The notes: generated by a model from the sequence alone, not told the origin. 64,000 bases of DNA from Candidatus Freyarchaeum deiterrae (GCA_037305845.1 CP147778.1:1184001-1248000); one strand, 5' to 3'. Positions 30,144-39,902 are shown, counted from the first letter of the stretch. A program made the numbers and translations.

Positions 30144-30950
30144 ATGCCCGAAGATAGCTACAAATACTGTTACCACTGCGGAACACAGATGGAAATAAGT
30201 GATACCTACTGTCCAAAATGTGGTGCTGCCGCTCCCCCACCGCCAAAATTCTGCATCATATGCGGAAAGAAACTAGCTCCCAACACAAAATTTTGTTCAA
30301 GATGCGGATTCGAGCAAACACTACCCGAATCAGTGGAAGAGCTAGAAGACCTAAATAACGTTAAATATATTTTTGTCCGAGATAATGCCGGATTAGCTCT
30401 CTACGAGCAGCCCCTTCTAATTTCCAACGAGTTCAACGCCGACTTACTAGCCGGCTTTACAACAGCAATTTCAGACTTTTCAGTAGAACTCGGCAAAAAA
30501 GGCATCCGGGGCTTAATTTTCCAAGAAAAAAAAGGCACCACCTCAAGAATGCTAGCAGAAGTAGGAGAATACGTAACCGTAGTTGCATTGATGAATTACG
30601 AATCCCGAAGCGTAAATAAAAAGTTAAAATTACTAGTAAAAAGAATCGAAAAAGACTGTGCCACCAATTTAAAAAACTGGAAAGGAAATGTTGCAGAAAT
30701 AAGACAAAAAATCATACCAATAGTAGAAGAAGTGCTCAAAGTAAGCAGACTCCAAGAATTAGAAGAACAACAAAAATTAGGCAAAACACGGAGCGTCACT
30801 CAAACAGAAAACGAAACATCAACAGAGGAAACAACTTCAGTCCAAACAGCAGACACAAATGACCAAACAAAAGACAATGATACTAGTGTAAACTCTCAAT
30901 ACGTAACCGAGAAAAACCGCCAAGCTCGAAACGGGGAAATTAGATTATAG
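30144..30950 (+). CDS. Double zinc ribbon + longin-like domain protein
   Basis: Four CxxC pairs; YIFV..AGLALY...DLLAGFTTAISDFSVEL...NWKGNV resembles Asgard longin domains. Confidence 0.7.
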   Translation: MPEDSYKYCYHCGTQMEISDTYCPKCGAAAPPPPKFCIICGKKLAPNTKFCSRCGFEQTLPESVEELEDLNNVKYIFVRDNAGLALYEQPLLISNEFNADLLAGFTTAISDFSVELGKKGIRGLIFQEKKGTTSRMLAEVGEYVTVVALMNYESRSVNKKLKLLVKRIEKDCATNLKNWKGNVAEIRQKIIPIVEEVLKVSRLQELEEQQKLGKTRSVTQTENETSTEETTSVQTADTNDQTKDNDTSVNSQYVTEKNRQARNGEIRL

Positions 30951-31067
30951 CTTCACAAATTCGGAAAAATTTTATTTTTTAGAAGACAATAAATGATGAA
31001 TAAGAAAAGAGTTGTCAGATTCTTTTTAAATTTCACCAAAATAATAAAATGCAAGTGATAGTTCTCC

Positions 31068-31652
31068 TCACCGAAAAAGCTCCACCTTTGCTGTACCTAT
31101 TATAGAATTCTGAACACTGTAAAAGGTATGCTCTATTTTATTATCCTGCTTTTTCTGCTCGAAAATGATTTTTAGCCCTTCTTTCAGCCAACCTCTATAA
31201 GCAGCCTCATAAAGTTTAACATTTCCATCCTGTGGCGTCTCTATTTTATCAGTGGTTAATGAGGAACTTATTGTTGCGATCGGGGTTACCGCTTCCTGCC
31301 ATATTTCTAGATCCAAGAATTTTTTACTCTTCTCCTTATACTTTTTGACAATTTTTGCCTTGGAGTGAACCATGTCTCCAGGCCTCACCATGCCTCTGAA
31401 CTGTACATCGATATCCTTTAGTTCCCCGTCTTTTCCGAGCCAATTTACAAGAGCTTGTATCATATAGGCCATATCCAAAAGTCCGTGAGCTATAACGCCC
31501 TTTAAACCCGCCATGACTGCATACTGCTCGTTGGTGTGAATCGGATTTCCGTCCCCTGAGGCTTTAGCGTATTGCACTAATTGTTCTCTTTTTATCGGTC
31601 CTTTAATGTAAGGTGGTATTTCAAAACCTTCCATTATTTCGTTAAAATTCAA
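31068..31652 (-). CDS. MaoC-family dehydratase
   Basis: YAKASGDGNPIH, GVIAHG and FRGMVRPGD motifs. Confidence 0.88.
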   Translation of the reverse strand: MNFNEIMEGFEIPPYIKGPIKREQLVQYAKASGDGNPIHTNEQYAVMAGLKGVIAHGLLDMAYMIQALVNWLGKDGELKDIDVQFRGMVRPGDMVHSKAKIVKKYKEKSKKFLDLEIWQEAVTPIATISSSLTTDKIETPQDGNVKLYEAAYRGWLKEGLKIIFEQKKQDNKIEHTFYSVQNSIIGTAKVELFR

Positions 31653-31669
31653 CGCGTTTATTCCTCCGT

Positions 31670-32110
31670 TTAAAATCCTCCGGGTCTTATTATGAAGGTA
31701 GTGGTTACCCTAGACACCATTTCACCAATTTGATTTTTAACTGGTATACTTAACACTAAAAACAGCATTTCGTTTTTTACATAAATATCTTTGATTGTGA
31801 CCTGTAATTCCAGTTTATCCCCTGGTTTTACTGGAGCTAGGAATTCGTATCTTTGCCCACCGTGTAACAGTTTAGAAATGTCTTTAAAAATCCCTTCTTT
31901 TTGGAGCCCACCCAAAGTAGCAAATGAGGAAATCCAGTATACAGAGGTGAATTCGAGGGGGGCTACTAGTTTTTTGTCGTCTTTTTCAAGAAACTCTGGT
32001 TTCGTATTATCTGTGGATTTAGCGTAGTTTTTGATTCGGTCTCCTGTTACTTCAAAAGTTACAGGCGAAAAAGTCATGCCAATATATTTATCGTATTTGT
32101 TTTCGCTCAA
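31670..32110 (-). CDS. MaoC/FAS1-like dehydratase N-terminal-type subunit
   Basis: VAP, LLHGGQRYEF and PVKPGD motifs; paired with the MaoC gene. Confidence 0.82.
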   Translation of the reverse strand: MSENKYDKYIGMTFSPVTFEVTGDRIKNYAKSTDNTKPEFLEKDDKKLVAPLEFTSVYWISSFATLGGLQKEGIFKDISKLLHGGQRYEFLAPVKPGDKLELQVTIKDIYVKNEMLFLVLSIPVKNQIGEMVSRVTTTFIIRPGGF

Positions 32111-32232
32111 AATTTTCCGCCTCCAAAAATAATCAATTGATTAGTTTCTGTTTGTGTAAAATAGCTTTCTGAGCGTTTTTTTCAGTTATCTGCTATTTTT
32201 TTGTATTTTGTATTAAACTTTTATGGTGTTAT

Positions 32233-33923
32233 GGCTTTGGGACAAAAGTAGTAACTTTCTCTTCTTAAAGGGCTTGCTCATCTCTGGGGGTTAGGTTAAA
32301 ACGGTGCCCCCTTTATACACATCCAGTTCTACATCGCATACTTATAAAAACCACTACTATTACCAATACCACTACTCCACAGTTTCACAGCCCCACCATA
32401 CAACCACATTACCACCACGATGACCATACTCATAATCTCCACTCACTCAAAAGAACTTCAAGCAACCCCCTCTTAAAAGAAGAGGAAGGAGAAGCAACTC
32501 TACCACAGACCAGAAAGAAAGACAAAAATGCGCTTCTCTCTCCGTGTATGTTTAAACGAAGGATTAACATCAATTAGGCTTAAAAAACCGGATTTTTCTA
32601 TAAAGAGTTGATAACCACCACCGAGAAGATGGAAAACGCGGGGTGCACAAGCAGTGCCGGAATCAATCGTGGTCACCAGAACTGAGCAAATCCACATTCA
32701 GCCAAACAGCAACAACAACAGTCTGAGCAGGCTATGCCACCACTCCAAGAACCTCTACAATCAGGCAAACTACATAGTTAGGCAAACTCTCCTCAAAACC
32801 GGAAAATGGGTAAAGTACAGGGAGCTTGCGGGAACGCTCAAAAACTCGGAGAGCTACAGAGCTCTCCCAGCACAAACCGCCCAGCAAACACTGAAAACAC
32901 TGGACCGAAGCTGGAACGCGTTCTTCAGAGCAATCCGAGAATGGAAGAGGAAACCGGACAAGTTCCTTGGGAGACCGAAAATGCCCGGGTACAAGGAGAA
33001 GAATGGAGAACACCTTCTAATCTTCACAAACCAGCAGTGCCGAATAATAAAGGGCGGAGAAATAAAATTCCCAAGAAAGGTGGACTTGACTAAAGTTAAG
33101 ACGCGGCTGGGAGACGAAACCCGCCTACGGGAAATCCGAATAGTGCCAAGGGGCGCAGGCTACGTCCTTGAAGTGGTTTACCAAAAAACCGTGGAGCCGC
33201 AAAAACTGAACTATGAGAGAATGGTGGGCTTGGATTTGGGGCTGAGGAACACCGTAACCATCGCAAACAACATCGGGGAAAAACCGATTGCTGTTAAGGG
33301 CGGTGTACTAAAGTCCATAAACCAGTACTATAATAAGGAGAGGGCGTGGTTGCAGAGCGTCTACGACCGGCAGAAGGTTAATAATGGCTCCAAGCTGCTG
33401 AGATTGACCCAGAAGAGGAACCGGAAGATACACGACTTCTTCCACAAGCTGAGCCGCAGAATAGTGGATTGGTGCACCGAGCACGATGTGGGCGTCATAG
33501 TGGTTGGCTATAACCGAGACTGGAAGCAGAGCCTGAACCTTGGGAGGAGGACCAACCAGAACTTCGTTCAGATACCCTTTCAGAAGCTGGTGCAGCAAAT
33601 CCGGTACAAGGCTGAGGAAGCGGGAATAACCGTATTGATGCGGGAGGAGAACCACACCTCAAAGTGCAGCTTCCTTGACCTCGAACCTCTGGAACACCGT
33701 GAAGAGTACTCGGGGAAGAGGATAAGCCGGGGATTGTTCCGGTCGAGTGAAGGTGTGTTGATTAACGCGGATGTGAACGCCGCCTACAACATTATAAGGA
33801 AGGCATTCCCGGAAGCTTTTGCGGACGGGATAGAGGGTGTAGGGCTTCACCCGGTTAGAATGGATTTAAACATGTTCTAGCGAAGGGCTTTTAAGAAAGA
33901 GCAACTAATTTTGTCCCTAAGCC
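32233..33923 (+). mobile_element. Non-autonomous TnpB-only element (IS1341-like) bounded by imperfect inverted repeats
   Basis: GC-richer tnpB with no tnpA; GGCTTTGGGACAAAAGTAGT (32233-32252) matches the reverse complement of 33904-33923 (GGCTTAGGGACAAAATTAGT) at 18/20. Confidence 0.6.
32654..33880 (+). CDS. tnpB: RNA-guided endonuclease TnpB family protein
   Basis: SKNLYNQANY, RuvC-I GLDLG, HKLSRRIV, REENHTSKCS and RuvC-III NADVNAAYNI. Confidence 0.93.
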   Translation: MPESIVVTRTEQIHIQPNSNNNSLSRLCHHSKNLYNQANYIVRQTLLKTGKWVKYRELAGTLKNSESYRALPAQTAQQTLKTLDRSWNAFFRAIREWKRKPDKFLGRPKMPGYKEKNGEHLLIFTNQQCRIIKGGEIKFPRKVDLTKVKTRLGDETRLREIRIVPRGAGYVLEVVYQKTVEPQKLNYERMVGLDLGLRNTVTIANNIGEKPIAVKGGVLKSINQYYNKERAWLQSVYDRQKVNNGSKLLRLTQKRNRKIHDFFHKLSRRIVDWCTEHDVGVIVVGYNRDWKQSLNLGRRTNQNFVQIPFQKLVQQIRYKAEEAGITVLMREENHTSKCSFLDLEPLEHREEYSGKRISRGLFRSSEGVLINADVNAAYNIIRKAFPEAFADGIEGVGLHPVRMDLNMF

Positions 33924-34002
33924 TGTTCATTTATTGTAGAATATACTTTATAAGGAAAGTTTACGTAAATCATTAAGATAAAAAACCAAGAAACTTCATC
34001 CA

Positions 34003-34365
34003 ATGGAGAAATTCGAAATGTCTGAGATTACGTCTCACCTCAAAAAAATGGAAGAGGTTGCTGCAAGAAGTGAAGATGTAGCAGCCGAACTGGAAGGATG
34101 GGAGCGAGTCATTCAATTTCAAGGTGAAGGAGTGGATCCCTTCTATATCACCATAAAAGATGGTAAACTATCAGTCTCCGAAGGCACGTACGAAAACCCA
34201 GACTTAACAATGGAAGCAAACCATGATACAGTATTGGGCATGATAACCGGAGAAATTGACGCTACTTCTGCCTATATGAGCGGAGACTTGAAAGTTATAG
34301 GCGCACTTCCAGACGCTGTAAAATTCAGAACTTTAATAGAGATAATTAGAGACGAAATGGAGTGA
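34003..34365 (+). CDS. SCP2 sterol/lipid-binding domain protein
   Basis: PDLTM...GEIDATSAYMSGDLKVIG. Confidence 0.88.
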   Translation: MEKFEMSEITSHLKKMEEVAARSEDVAAELEGWERVIQFQGEGVDPFYITIKDGKLSVSEGTYENPDLTMEANHDTVLGMITGEIDATSAYMSGDLKVIGALPDAVKFRTLIEIIRDEME

Positions 34366-34573
34366 TTATTTCTACCTCCTCTACTTTTTTAGATAGCTTG
34401 TTCTCAAAGATAAACGATTCCAAAAGATACATCATTTATTACATCTCTCCATCAAAAACCAAAAATTGAAACCAGTTTTTAAGAAATTCACTGGAATAAA
34501 GATTCAGTGATAATTTATAACAAAAGGTTAATAATGTGAAAAGCAAATATTTCAAAGGGCAGTTAAGAGAGAT

Positions 34574-34996
34574 ATGAGGGCTTTAATAATGTCTGTGGAT
34601 GAACTGACTCTGGCGGAAATGGTACAACTCAAAGAGGGGAGAATAGCGTTACCAAAAAAGTTTATTGAGGTAATTGGTAAGCCATATGCCATCATGATAG
34701 TTTCAAGAACTAATGGTGAGATCCGCCTGATTCCCACCGACACTTCTGAAGTGGTCAAACTCTCCGTAGAGATTGATAAGCTTTCTCAGAGATTTCTTAG
34801 AGATCTCGGGTTGATTATAGTAAGGGATAAAATAGAGTTTATACACACCACTGGTCTTTGCCGAAAGGGGAAGCAATGTTTTTACGAAGGTTATATAGAA
34901 AAGGATAAATTATCTCAAAAAATTGAGGATTTAAAATTTCAAGTTTCTCAAATAGAAGGCGTCATGAATGTGGATATTACTATAATAAAATTATAA
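34574..34996 (+). CDS. AbrB-like N-terminus + ACT-like domain protein
   Basis: GRIALPK AbrB-like motif; C-terminal IEGVMNV is ACT-like. Confidence 0.55.
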   Translation: MRALIMSVDELTLAEMVQLKEGRIALPKKFIEVIGKPYAIMIVSRTNGEIRLIPTDTSEVVKLSVEIDKLSQRFLRDLGLIIVRDKIEFIHTTGLCRKGKQCFYEGYIEKDKLSQKIEDLKFQVSQIEGVMNVDITIIKL

Positions 34997-35428
34997 ATTT
35001 CTAAATATTGACCCAAAATTAATAAAATTATCTTCAAAAATTGGTCAAAATATTGTGAATTTTTCAAAATTTACCAAATATTTGGATACTTTTACCATAA
35101 GGTTTATAAGGGGAAAAGCGTTGTAATAAATTGTGCGGGGGACAAAACCGAAAGATATATAAGTACAAAAAACTTAAATAGCATCCTTTAAAAGGAGCAG
35201 ATTCCAACAAAAAGTCTCCCGTAGAAAAAAAAGAGGAACAAAAATAAAAGAAAAAATGTTGTAAAAGTTCCGATTCATCACGGAAAGATGAATGTATATC
35301 ATAGATATGAGTAAAATAAAAACTTTATCCGAAAAAATATTTGTTATTAATTTTTGAGGATTAAAGTTCGATTCGGAACATGTCCTCAATGTTTTATTTA
35401 TAAATTTTATAGTTTGAGGTGAAAATAT

Positions 35429-36370
35429 TTGGCAAAAACCGAAGGAAAGGAAGAATCGCTCAAAGAGGTCACGCAGTGCCCAGAATGTGGCAGCAAGAGA
35501 ATTCTCAGAGATTATACTAGAGGCGATACCATCTGTGGTGATTGCGGTCTAATAATCAACGATTTGATGATAGACAGCGGCCCAGAATGGAGAGCATTCA
35601 CAGCAGAAGAGAAGAGAGATCGAAGCAGAGTAGGTTCACCTATGACCTATCGAATGCCGGATAAGGGACTCAGTACCACAATCAGTAGAAGTGACCGAGA
35701 CGCTTATGGCAGAAAGCTTTCACCTAAGAGAAGAGCTCAGATTTACCGATTAAGAAAATGGCAAATAAGAACTAGAGTACACAGTTCGATAGCAAGAAAC
35801 TTAGCTCAAGCAATGCCAGAACTTAACCGAATTGCAAGCCAAATCGGCATCCCAAGAGATATCCGTGAAACCGCAGCGGTAGTGTACCGACGAGCTCTAG
35901 AAAAAGGACTCGTTAGAGGAAGATCTATAGAGTCAATGGTGGCAGCAGCAGTCTACCTCGCCTGCAGACTCCATAAGATTCCACGCCCTCTGGACGAAGT
36001 TGAGAGTGTGGCTCGAGTTAACAGGAAGGAACTAGCACACTGCGTAAGACTCATACTCAGAGGATTGGATATGAAAATCCCTAGACCGAGCGCGACAGAC
36101 TTTATCTCAAGATTTGCAAATGAACTAAGCATGTCCGGAGAAAGCCAGAAACGCGCAATGCAAGTGATTGAAAGAGCGAGCGAAATAGGGATAACTGGGG
36201 GAAAAGACCCCACGGGACTAGCAGCAGCGGCTTTATACATTGCGGGAATTCTGGCGGGTGAAAGAAGAGCACAAAGAGAAATCGCTGAAGTGGCACACGT
36301 AACAGAGGTTACAATTAGAAACAGATACAAAGAGATTGTCAGAAAACTAAAAATGGATCTCGAAGTTTAA
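35429..36370 (+). CDS. tfb: Transcription initiation factor IIB
   Basis: CPECG...CGDCG zinc ribbon; GPEWRAF, RGRSIES and TEVTIRNRYKE. Confidence 0.96.
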   Translation: MAKTEGKEESLKEVTQCPECGSKRILRDYTRGDTICGDCGLIINDLMIDSGPEWRAFTAEEKRDRSRVGSPMTYRMPDKGLSTTISRSDRDAYGRKLSPKRRAQIYRLRKWQIRTRVHSSIARNLAQAMPELNRIASQIGIPRDIRETAAVVYRRALEKGLVRGRSIESMVAAAVYLACRLHKIPRPLDEVESVARVNRKELAHCVRLILRGLDMKIPRPSATDFISRFANELSMSGESQKRAMQVIERASEIGITGGKDPTGLAAAALYIAGILAGERRAQREIAEVAHVTEVTIRNRYKEIVRKLKMDLEV

Positions 36371-36523
36371 GAGAGTTAGCCAAAGCTCTCTATTCTTTAT
36401 TTATTCCCAATCTTAACTATTACCCAGAAACCGGATTTTTAATTTATTAGTCAAAACCAACCTGAATGAGTTATATCTTCGTAAATGTTCTTACTTTTCT
36501 TTATTTTTTTTATACAATATATT

Positions 36524-36742
36524 TTATGGCCTGGAAGCTTTTTTTATTAGCAGTGCACACGATGCGATTATGAGAATAGACCAAGCATACGTTAATGTTG
36601 GCCCTGTCCATAAAATTGAGGAAAATGTAAACGCGAATAGAGTTTCTTGGAATGTTGTTATTTCTAGAATGTGTATTCCAGTGAGCTGTTTAGTAACTAA
36701 AAATGTAACCGCAAGTAATGCGAACATTCCATCTCGTACCAT
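36524..36742 (-). CDS. Small hypothetical membrane protein
   Basis: Hydrophobic 72-aa ORF co-oriented with 36791-37180. Confidence 0.45.
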   Translation of the reverse strand: MVRDGMFALLAVTFLVTKQLTGIHILEITTFQETLFAFTFSSILWTGPTLTYAWSILIIASCALLIKKASRP

Positions 36743-36790
36743 TAATGGGAGTATTAGTTTTGGAAAAAAGATCCGTTTGAAGCTAGTTGA

Positions 36791-37180
36791 TTATGTTGGC
36801 TTATTTTCCTCAGATGCTTCAACTGCTTTGTCAAATTTTTCATCATACTTCTTAGTTAGAGAAGACATCATAGTCAAGACAACGCCAACCCTTTGGTCGC
36901 TGAAAATAGCCAAAACCATTCTCTCAGAAACACGCATAATTAAGAGAGCCTTATCGCCGATATTCACGGTTATATTAGAGCCCACGGTCAGAACAGGGAA
37001 GCTTGGAATGAATACATTCAACCGTGCACGTATATCCTCAGTCATATCCAAATAGAGAAGCCTGCCATCAATAGCGAAGAGAGCCAGCCCCCTGGCTGTG
37101 ATAGACCCGAGTACTCTAAGTTCGTTTCTAATCTCATTGACTAAGTTCTTGATTAGGCTCTCTTGTCCTATAAAAAACAC
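36791..37180 (-). CDS. Roadblock/profilin-like fold protein
   Basis: GLALFAIDGRLL...LLIMRVSERMVLAIFS...VGVVL pattern. Confidence 0.6.
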   Translation of the reverse strand: MFFIGQESLIKNLVNEIRNELRVLGSITARGLALFAIDGRLLYLDMTEDIRARLNVFIPSFPVLTVGSNITVNIGDKALLIMRVSERMVLAIFSDQRVGVVLTMMSSLTKKYDEKFDKAVEASEENKPT

Positions 37181-37300
37181 CCGCCTTTGCTCCGTTATTA
37201 TTAAAAAACTGATTATTAAATATTATGCTTCATTATGCAACCCTAGAACTGAAGAATAAAAGGGGTCTAAAACAAAAGGAAATAAAAATAGAAAAGAGAA

Positions 37301-38449
37301 TCAACGAGTTAAAATATGAACACAACTAACAGAGCCAGTGTTATCACGCCCCACACCAATATTGTGGGTCAGACCCACTCCCGCATCTTTGACTTGAATC
37401 TTACCCGCCTCACCTCTGAGCTGCTCGTAAATCTCAGCGATTTGAGCTACTCCTGTGGCTCCGATGGGGTGGCCTTTTGCGAGAAGACCTCCGCTTGGAT
37501 TCATGGGTTTTTCTCCGTCTAACGCAGTTACTCCTTCTTGAATTAGTTTGTGGCCCTGACCTTTTTCACAAAAACCAATGTCTTCGTAGTTTAGAATCTC
37601 GGTGACCGAAAAGCAATCGTGTATTTCTCCTACATCGATATCCTTAGGTTCGAGACCAGCCATTTCGAAAGCTTGTCTACTGGCCTCTTTGCTTGCTGGA
37701 AAACCAGCCAGAGACTCCGCTTCCCCAAGTATCCAACTATCCACGGATAAACCGCTGCCGGCAACGTAGACGGGGGTATCGGTGTAATTTTTGGCCAGAT
37801 CAGCCTTACAAACTATGACAGCGGCAGCGCCGTCGGTCGTGGGGCAGCAATCAAATAGTCCAAGGGGCCATGATATTATGGGTGCTTTCATTACTTGTTC
37901 GAATGTTACTTCTTTTTTGAAGTGAGCATGAGGGTATAGTGATCCGTTGTGGCGGTTTTTTACGGATACTAGTGCGAAATCTTCTTTTGTGGATCCGTAC
38001 TGGTGCATATGGCGTGTGCCTCTTAAGGCGAAGAAGGACGGCATGCTTCGTGCTCTTCTCATCCAGATGTCTTTGATTGCTGCTAGTTTTATAAGTCCTC
38101 CTTTTTCGTCATGCATTTTTTCGTAACCAATTACTATTGCTTTGTCATATACTCCTGCGGCTATAGCGAAGCATGCATGGCGAAATGCATCGTTGCCCGT
38201 GGCGCAGGCATTTTCCACTCGTGATACTGGGATATTGAATAGCCCCGTGGGGTGGGCTAGCGTTACTCCTGTGAATCTACCTCTGAGGGTTCCTAGCCAA
38301 GCTGCTTGTATTTCTTGAGGTTCAATCCCATTGTCTACGCTTTGTAGCGCGTTTATGTAGGCTTCTTCCATCATCATGTCTGGGCTTTTGTCGTATAGTA
38401 CGCCGAAATCTATTAATCCTGCTCCAACTACTGCGACCTTATTCTTCAT
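37301..38449 (-). CDS. Thiolase (archaeal acetyl-CoA acetyltransferase, SCP-x type)
   Basis: VENACATG, EIHDCFS and NPSGGLLAKGHPIGATG motifs. Confidence 0.92.
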   Translation of the reverse strand: MKNKVAVVGAGLIDFGVLYDKSPDMMMEEAYINALQSVDNGIEPQEIQAAWLGTLRGRFTGVTLAHPTGLFNIPVSRVENACATGNDAFRHACFAIAAGVYDKAIVIGYEKMHDEKGGLIKLAAIKDIWMRRARSMPSFFALRGTRHMHQYGSTKEDFALVSVKNRHNGSLYPHAHFKKEVTFEQVMKAPIISWPLGLFDCCPTTDGAAAVIVCKADLAKNYTDTPVYVAGSGLSVDSWILGEAESLAGFPASKEASRQAFEMAGLEPKDIDVGEIHDCFSVTEILNYEDIGFCEKGQGHKLIQEGVTALDGEKPMNPSGGLLAKGHPIGATGVAQIAEIYEQLRGEAGKIQVKDAGVGLTHNIGVGRDNTGSVSCVHILTR

Positions 38450-38455
38450 TTCAGC

Positions 38456-38860
38456 TCAACTCTTTTTTACTGGTTTTACCTTGAATGATTGTACGCGGTA
38501 TCCGTCCTCTTGGAAAATTTCTCGATAGTCAAGTTCCACTTCCATTCCGATTTTGATTTGGTCGGGTTTGCAATCGGATACCATGGCGTATATTCTTCCC
38601 CCGCCGTCCAATTCCACTATTGCTAGGGGTATCGGTGGTTCGAATTCTGCGGGTAGTGCGTGGGCTACTGTGTAGGTTAATATCTTGCCCCTGGGTCCCA
38701 GTGTAATTGTTTCGAATTCTGAAGGGGCCTTTTTACAATTAGGGCATACTCTCCTTTTTTCGGGATAGCTCACGTAGCCACAGTTTTTACATTTATAAGC
38801 TTCCATCCTATTATTCTGTCTATAGTCTCTCCATAATGGAGGTGTTATCATTCTGCTCAT
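38456..38860 (-). CDS. DUF35 Zn-ribbon/OB-fold protein
   Basis: CKNCG...CPNC; GKILTYT; IGMEVEL. Confidence 0.9.
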   Translation of the reverse strand: MSRMITPPLWRDYRQNNRMEAYKCKNCGYVSYPEKRRVCPNCKKAPSEFETITLGPRGKILTYTVAHALPAEFEPPIPLAIVELDGGGRIYAMVSDCKPDQIKIGMEVELDYREIFQEDGYRVQSFKVKPVKKS

Positions 38861-38876
38861 CTCCCAAAGTCTTTTA

Positions 38877-39902
38877 CTACTCGGTCCGGGATATTATTCT
38901 GTTTTGCCTGAGGTGTGTGAAGTAGTCTATGTACTCTTTGTTTTCCTTAAAACTTTTAACGGGAGTTGAATTGTCCCTTTTATCATATATTTTTTCATTT
39001 ACTTTAAAGCTCAGGGCGTCGCTTGAACCCGAGCCGTAGGAAACAGCTAATATTCTCTGTCCTTGTTCCGCTTGGTCGAGAATTGCGGATAACCCTATGA
39101 GAATAGATGCGGAACCAGTGTCACCAAAGTTATCAATGGTCATGCCAGCTTTAAGCTGTTCAGGCGTAAAGCCTAAGCTTTTAGATGATTCGGATATCAG
39201 TCTATTCTCTTGTTGTTGAAGTACCACATGGTTGAAGTTTCCTGCTGAATCTCCAAGTTTTTCCATAAGGCCTTTTGCAGCCCTTATTACGTGTTCTGTG
39301 TATCCGTATTTCCTTATGAACCCGGAATCTCCATATGAAGGATATTTTGATTCAACATTTTTCCATTTGTCGGCAAAGCCTGTGGTATAAAAAGAGCTGC
39401 CTTCATATTCAGCTATCACACCATCACCACTTAGTATACAAGCAGCCGCTCCAGATCCTGCAGTGTATTCAAAACTAGTTCCAGGCGCTCCTACAAGGAC
39501 ATCGCTTCCTGCAACCAAAATGTTATCAAGCCTTTCAGATTTTACGGCATCTAAACCAGCTTGCAGTGCAGCTATACTGGCTCTGGGTGAAGCCCCGAAA
39601 TCCACGGCTTCAGCATTTTGAGGTAAGCTGAGGGCGTTTGCCAAAGGTGCTGCTAACGACGCTTCAGCATAGGAGCTGGACACCGTTCCCAGATACAATG
39701 CGTTGATATCTCTAGGTTCCACAGCCGCGTGTTTTATGGCGTTTCTACAAGCGCTGTAAGCTAGTGTTGATACATTCTCATCAAAATAGGCTACAGCTTT
39801 TTCCCCAGAAAGCTGCGAGTCCTCCTTCCAGGCAGCTGCGATTTCTCTTAGTTTTACTCGATGTAAAGGAATATAAACCCCGTATCCGCTTATTCCCAAC
39901 AA
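38877..39902 (-). CDS. HMG-CoA-synthase-fold protein lacking catalytic residues
   Basis: GYGVYIP..RV, DE, GSGAAA and VSYGSG are retained; the catalytic Cys, Glu and His positions are substituted. Confidence 0.8.
   Translation of the reverse strand: MLGISGYGVYIPLHRVKLREIAAAWKEDSQLSGEKAVAYFDENVSTLAYSACRNAIKHAAVEPRDINALYLGTVSSSYAEASLAAPLANALSLPQNAEAVDFGASPRASIAALQAGLDAVKSERLDNILVAGSDVLVGAPGTSFEYTAGSGAAACILSGDGVIAEYEGSSFYTTGFADKWKNVESKYPSYGDSGFIRKYGYTEHVIRAAKGLMEKLGDSAGNFNHVVLQQQENRLISESSKSLGFTPEQLKAGMTIDNFGDTGSASILIGLSAILDQAEQGQRILAVSYGSGSSDALSFKVNEKIYDKRDNSTPVKSFKENKEYIDYFTHLRQNRIISRTE

Noticed and set aside
32225-33931. Target-site duplication around the tnpB element
   Set aside because: The flanks tgttat and tgttca match only 4/6, so no TSD is claimed.
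36570-37055. 161-aa + strand ORF
   Set aside because: It is an antisense shadow of 36791-37180 and 36524-36742.
38877-39902. Calling this a functional HMG-CoA synthase
   Set aside because: The catalytic Cys, Glu and His motifs are absent.
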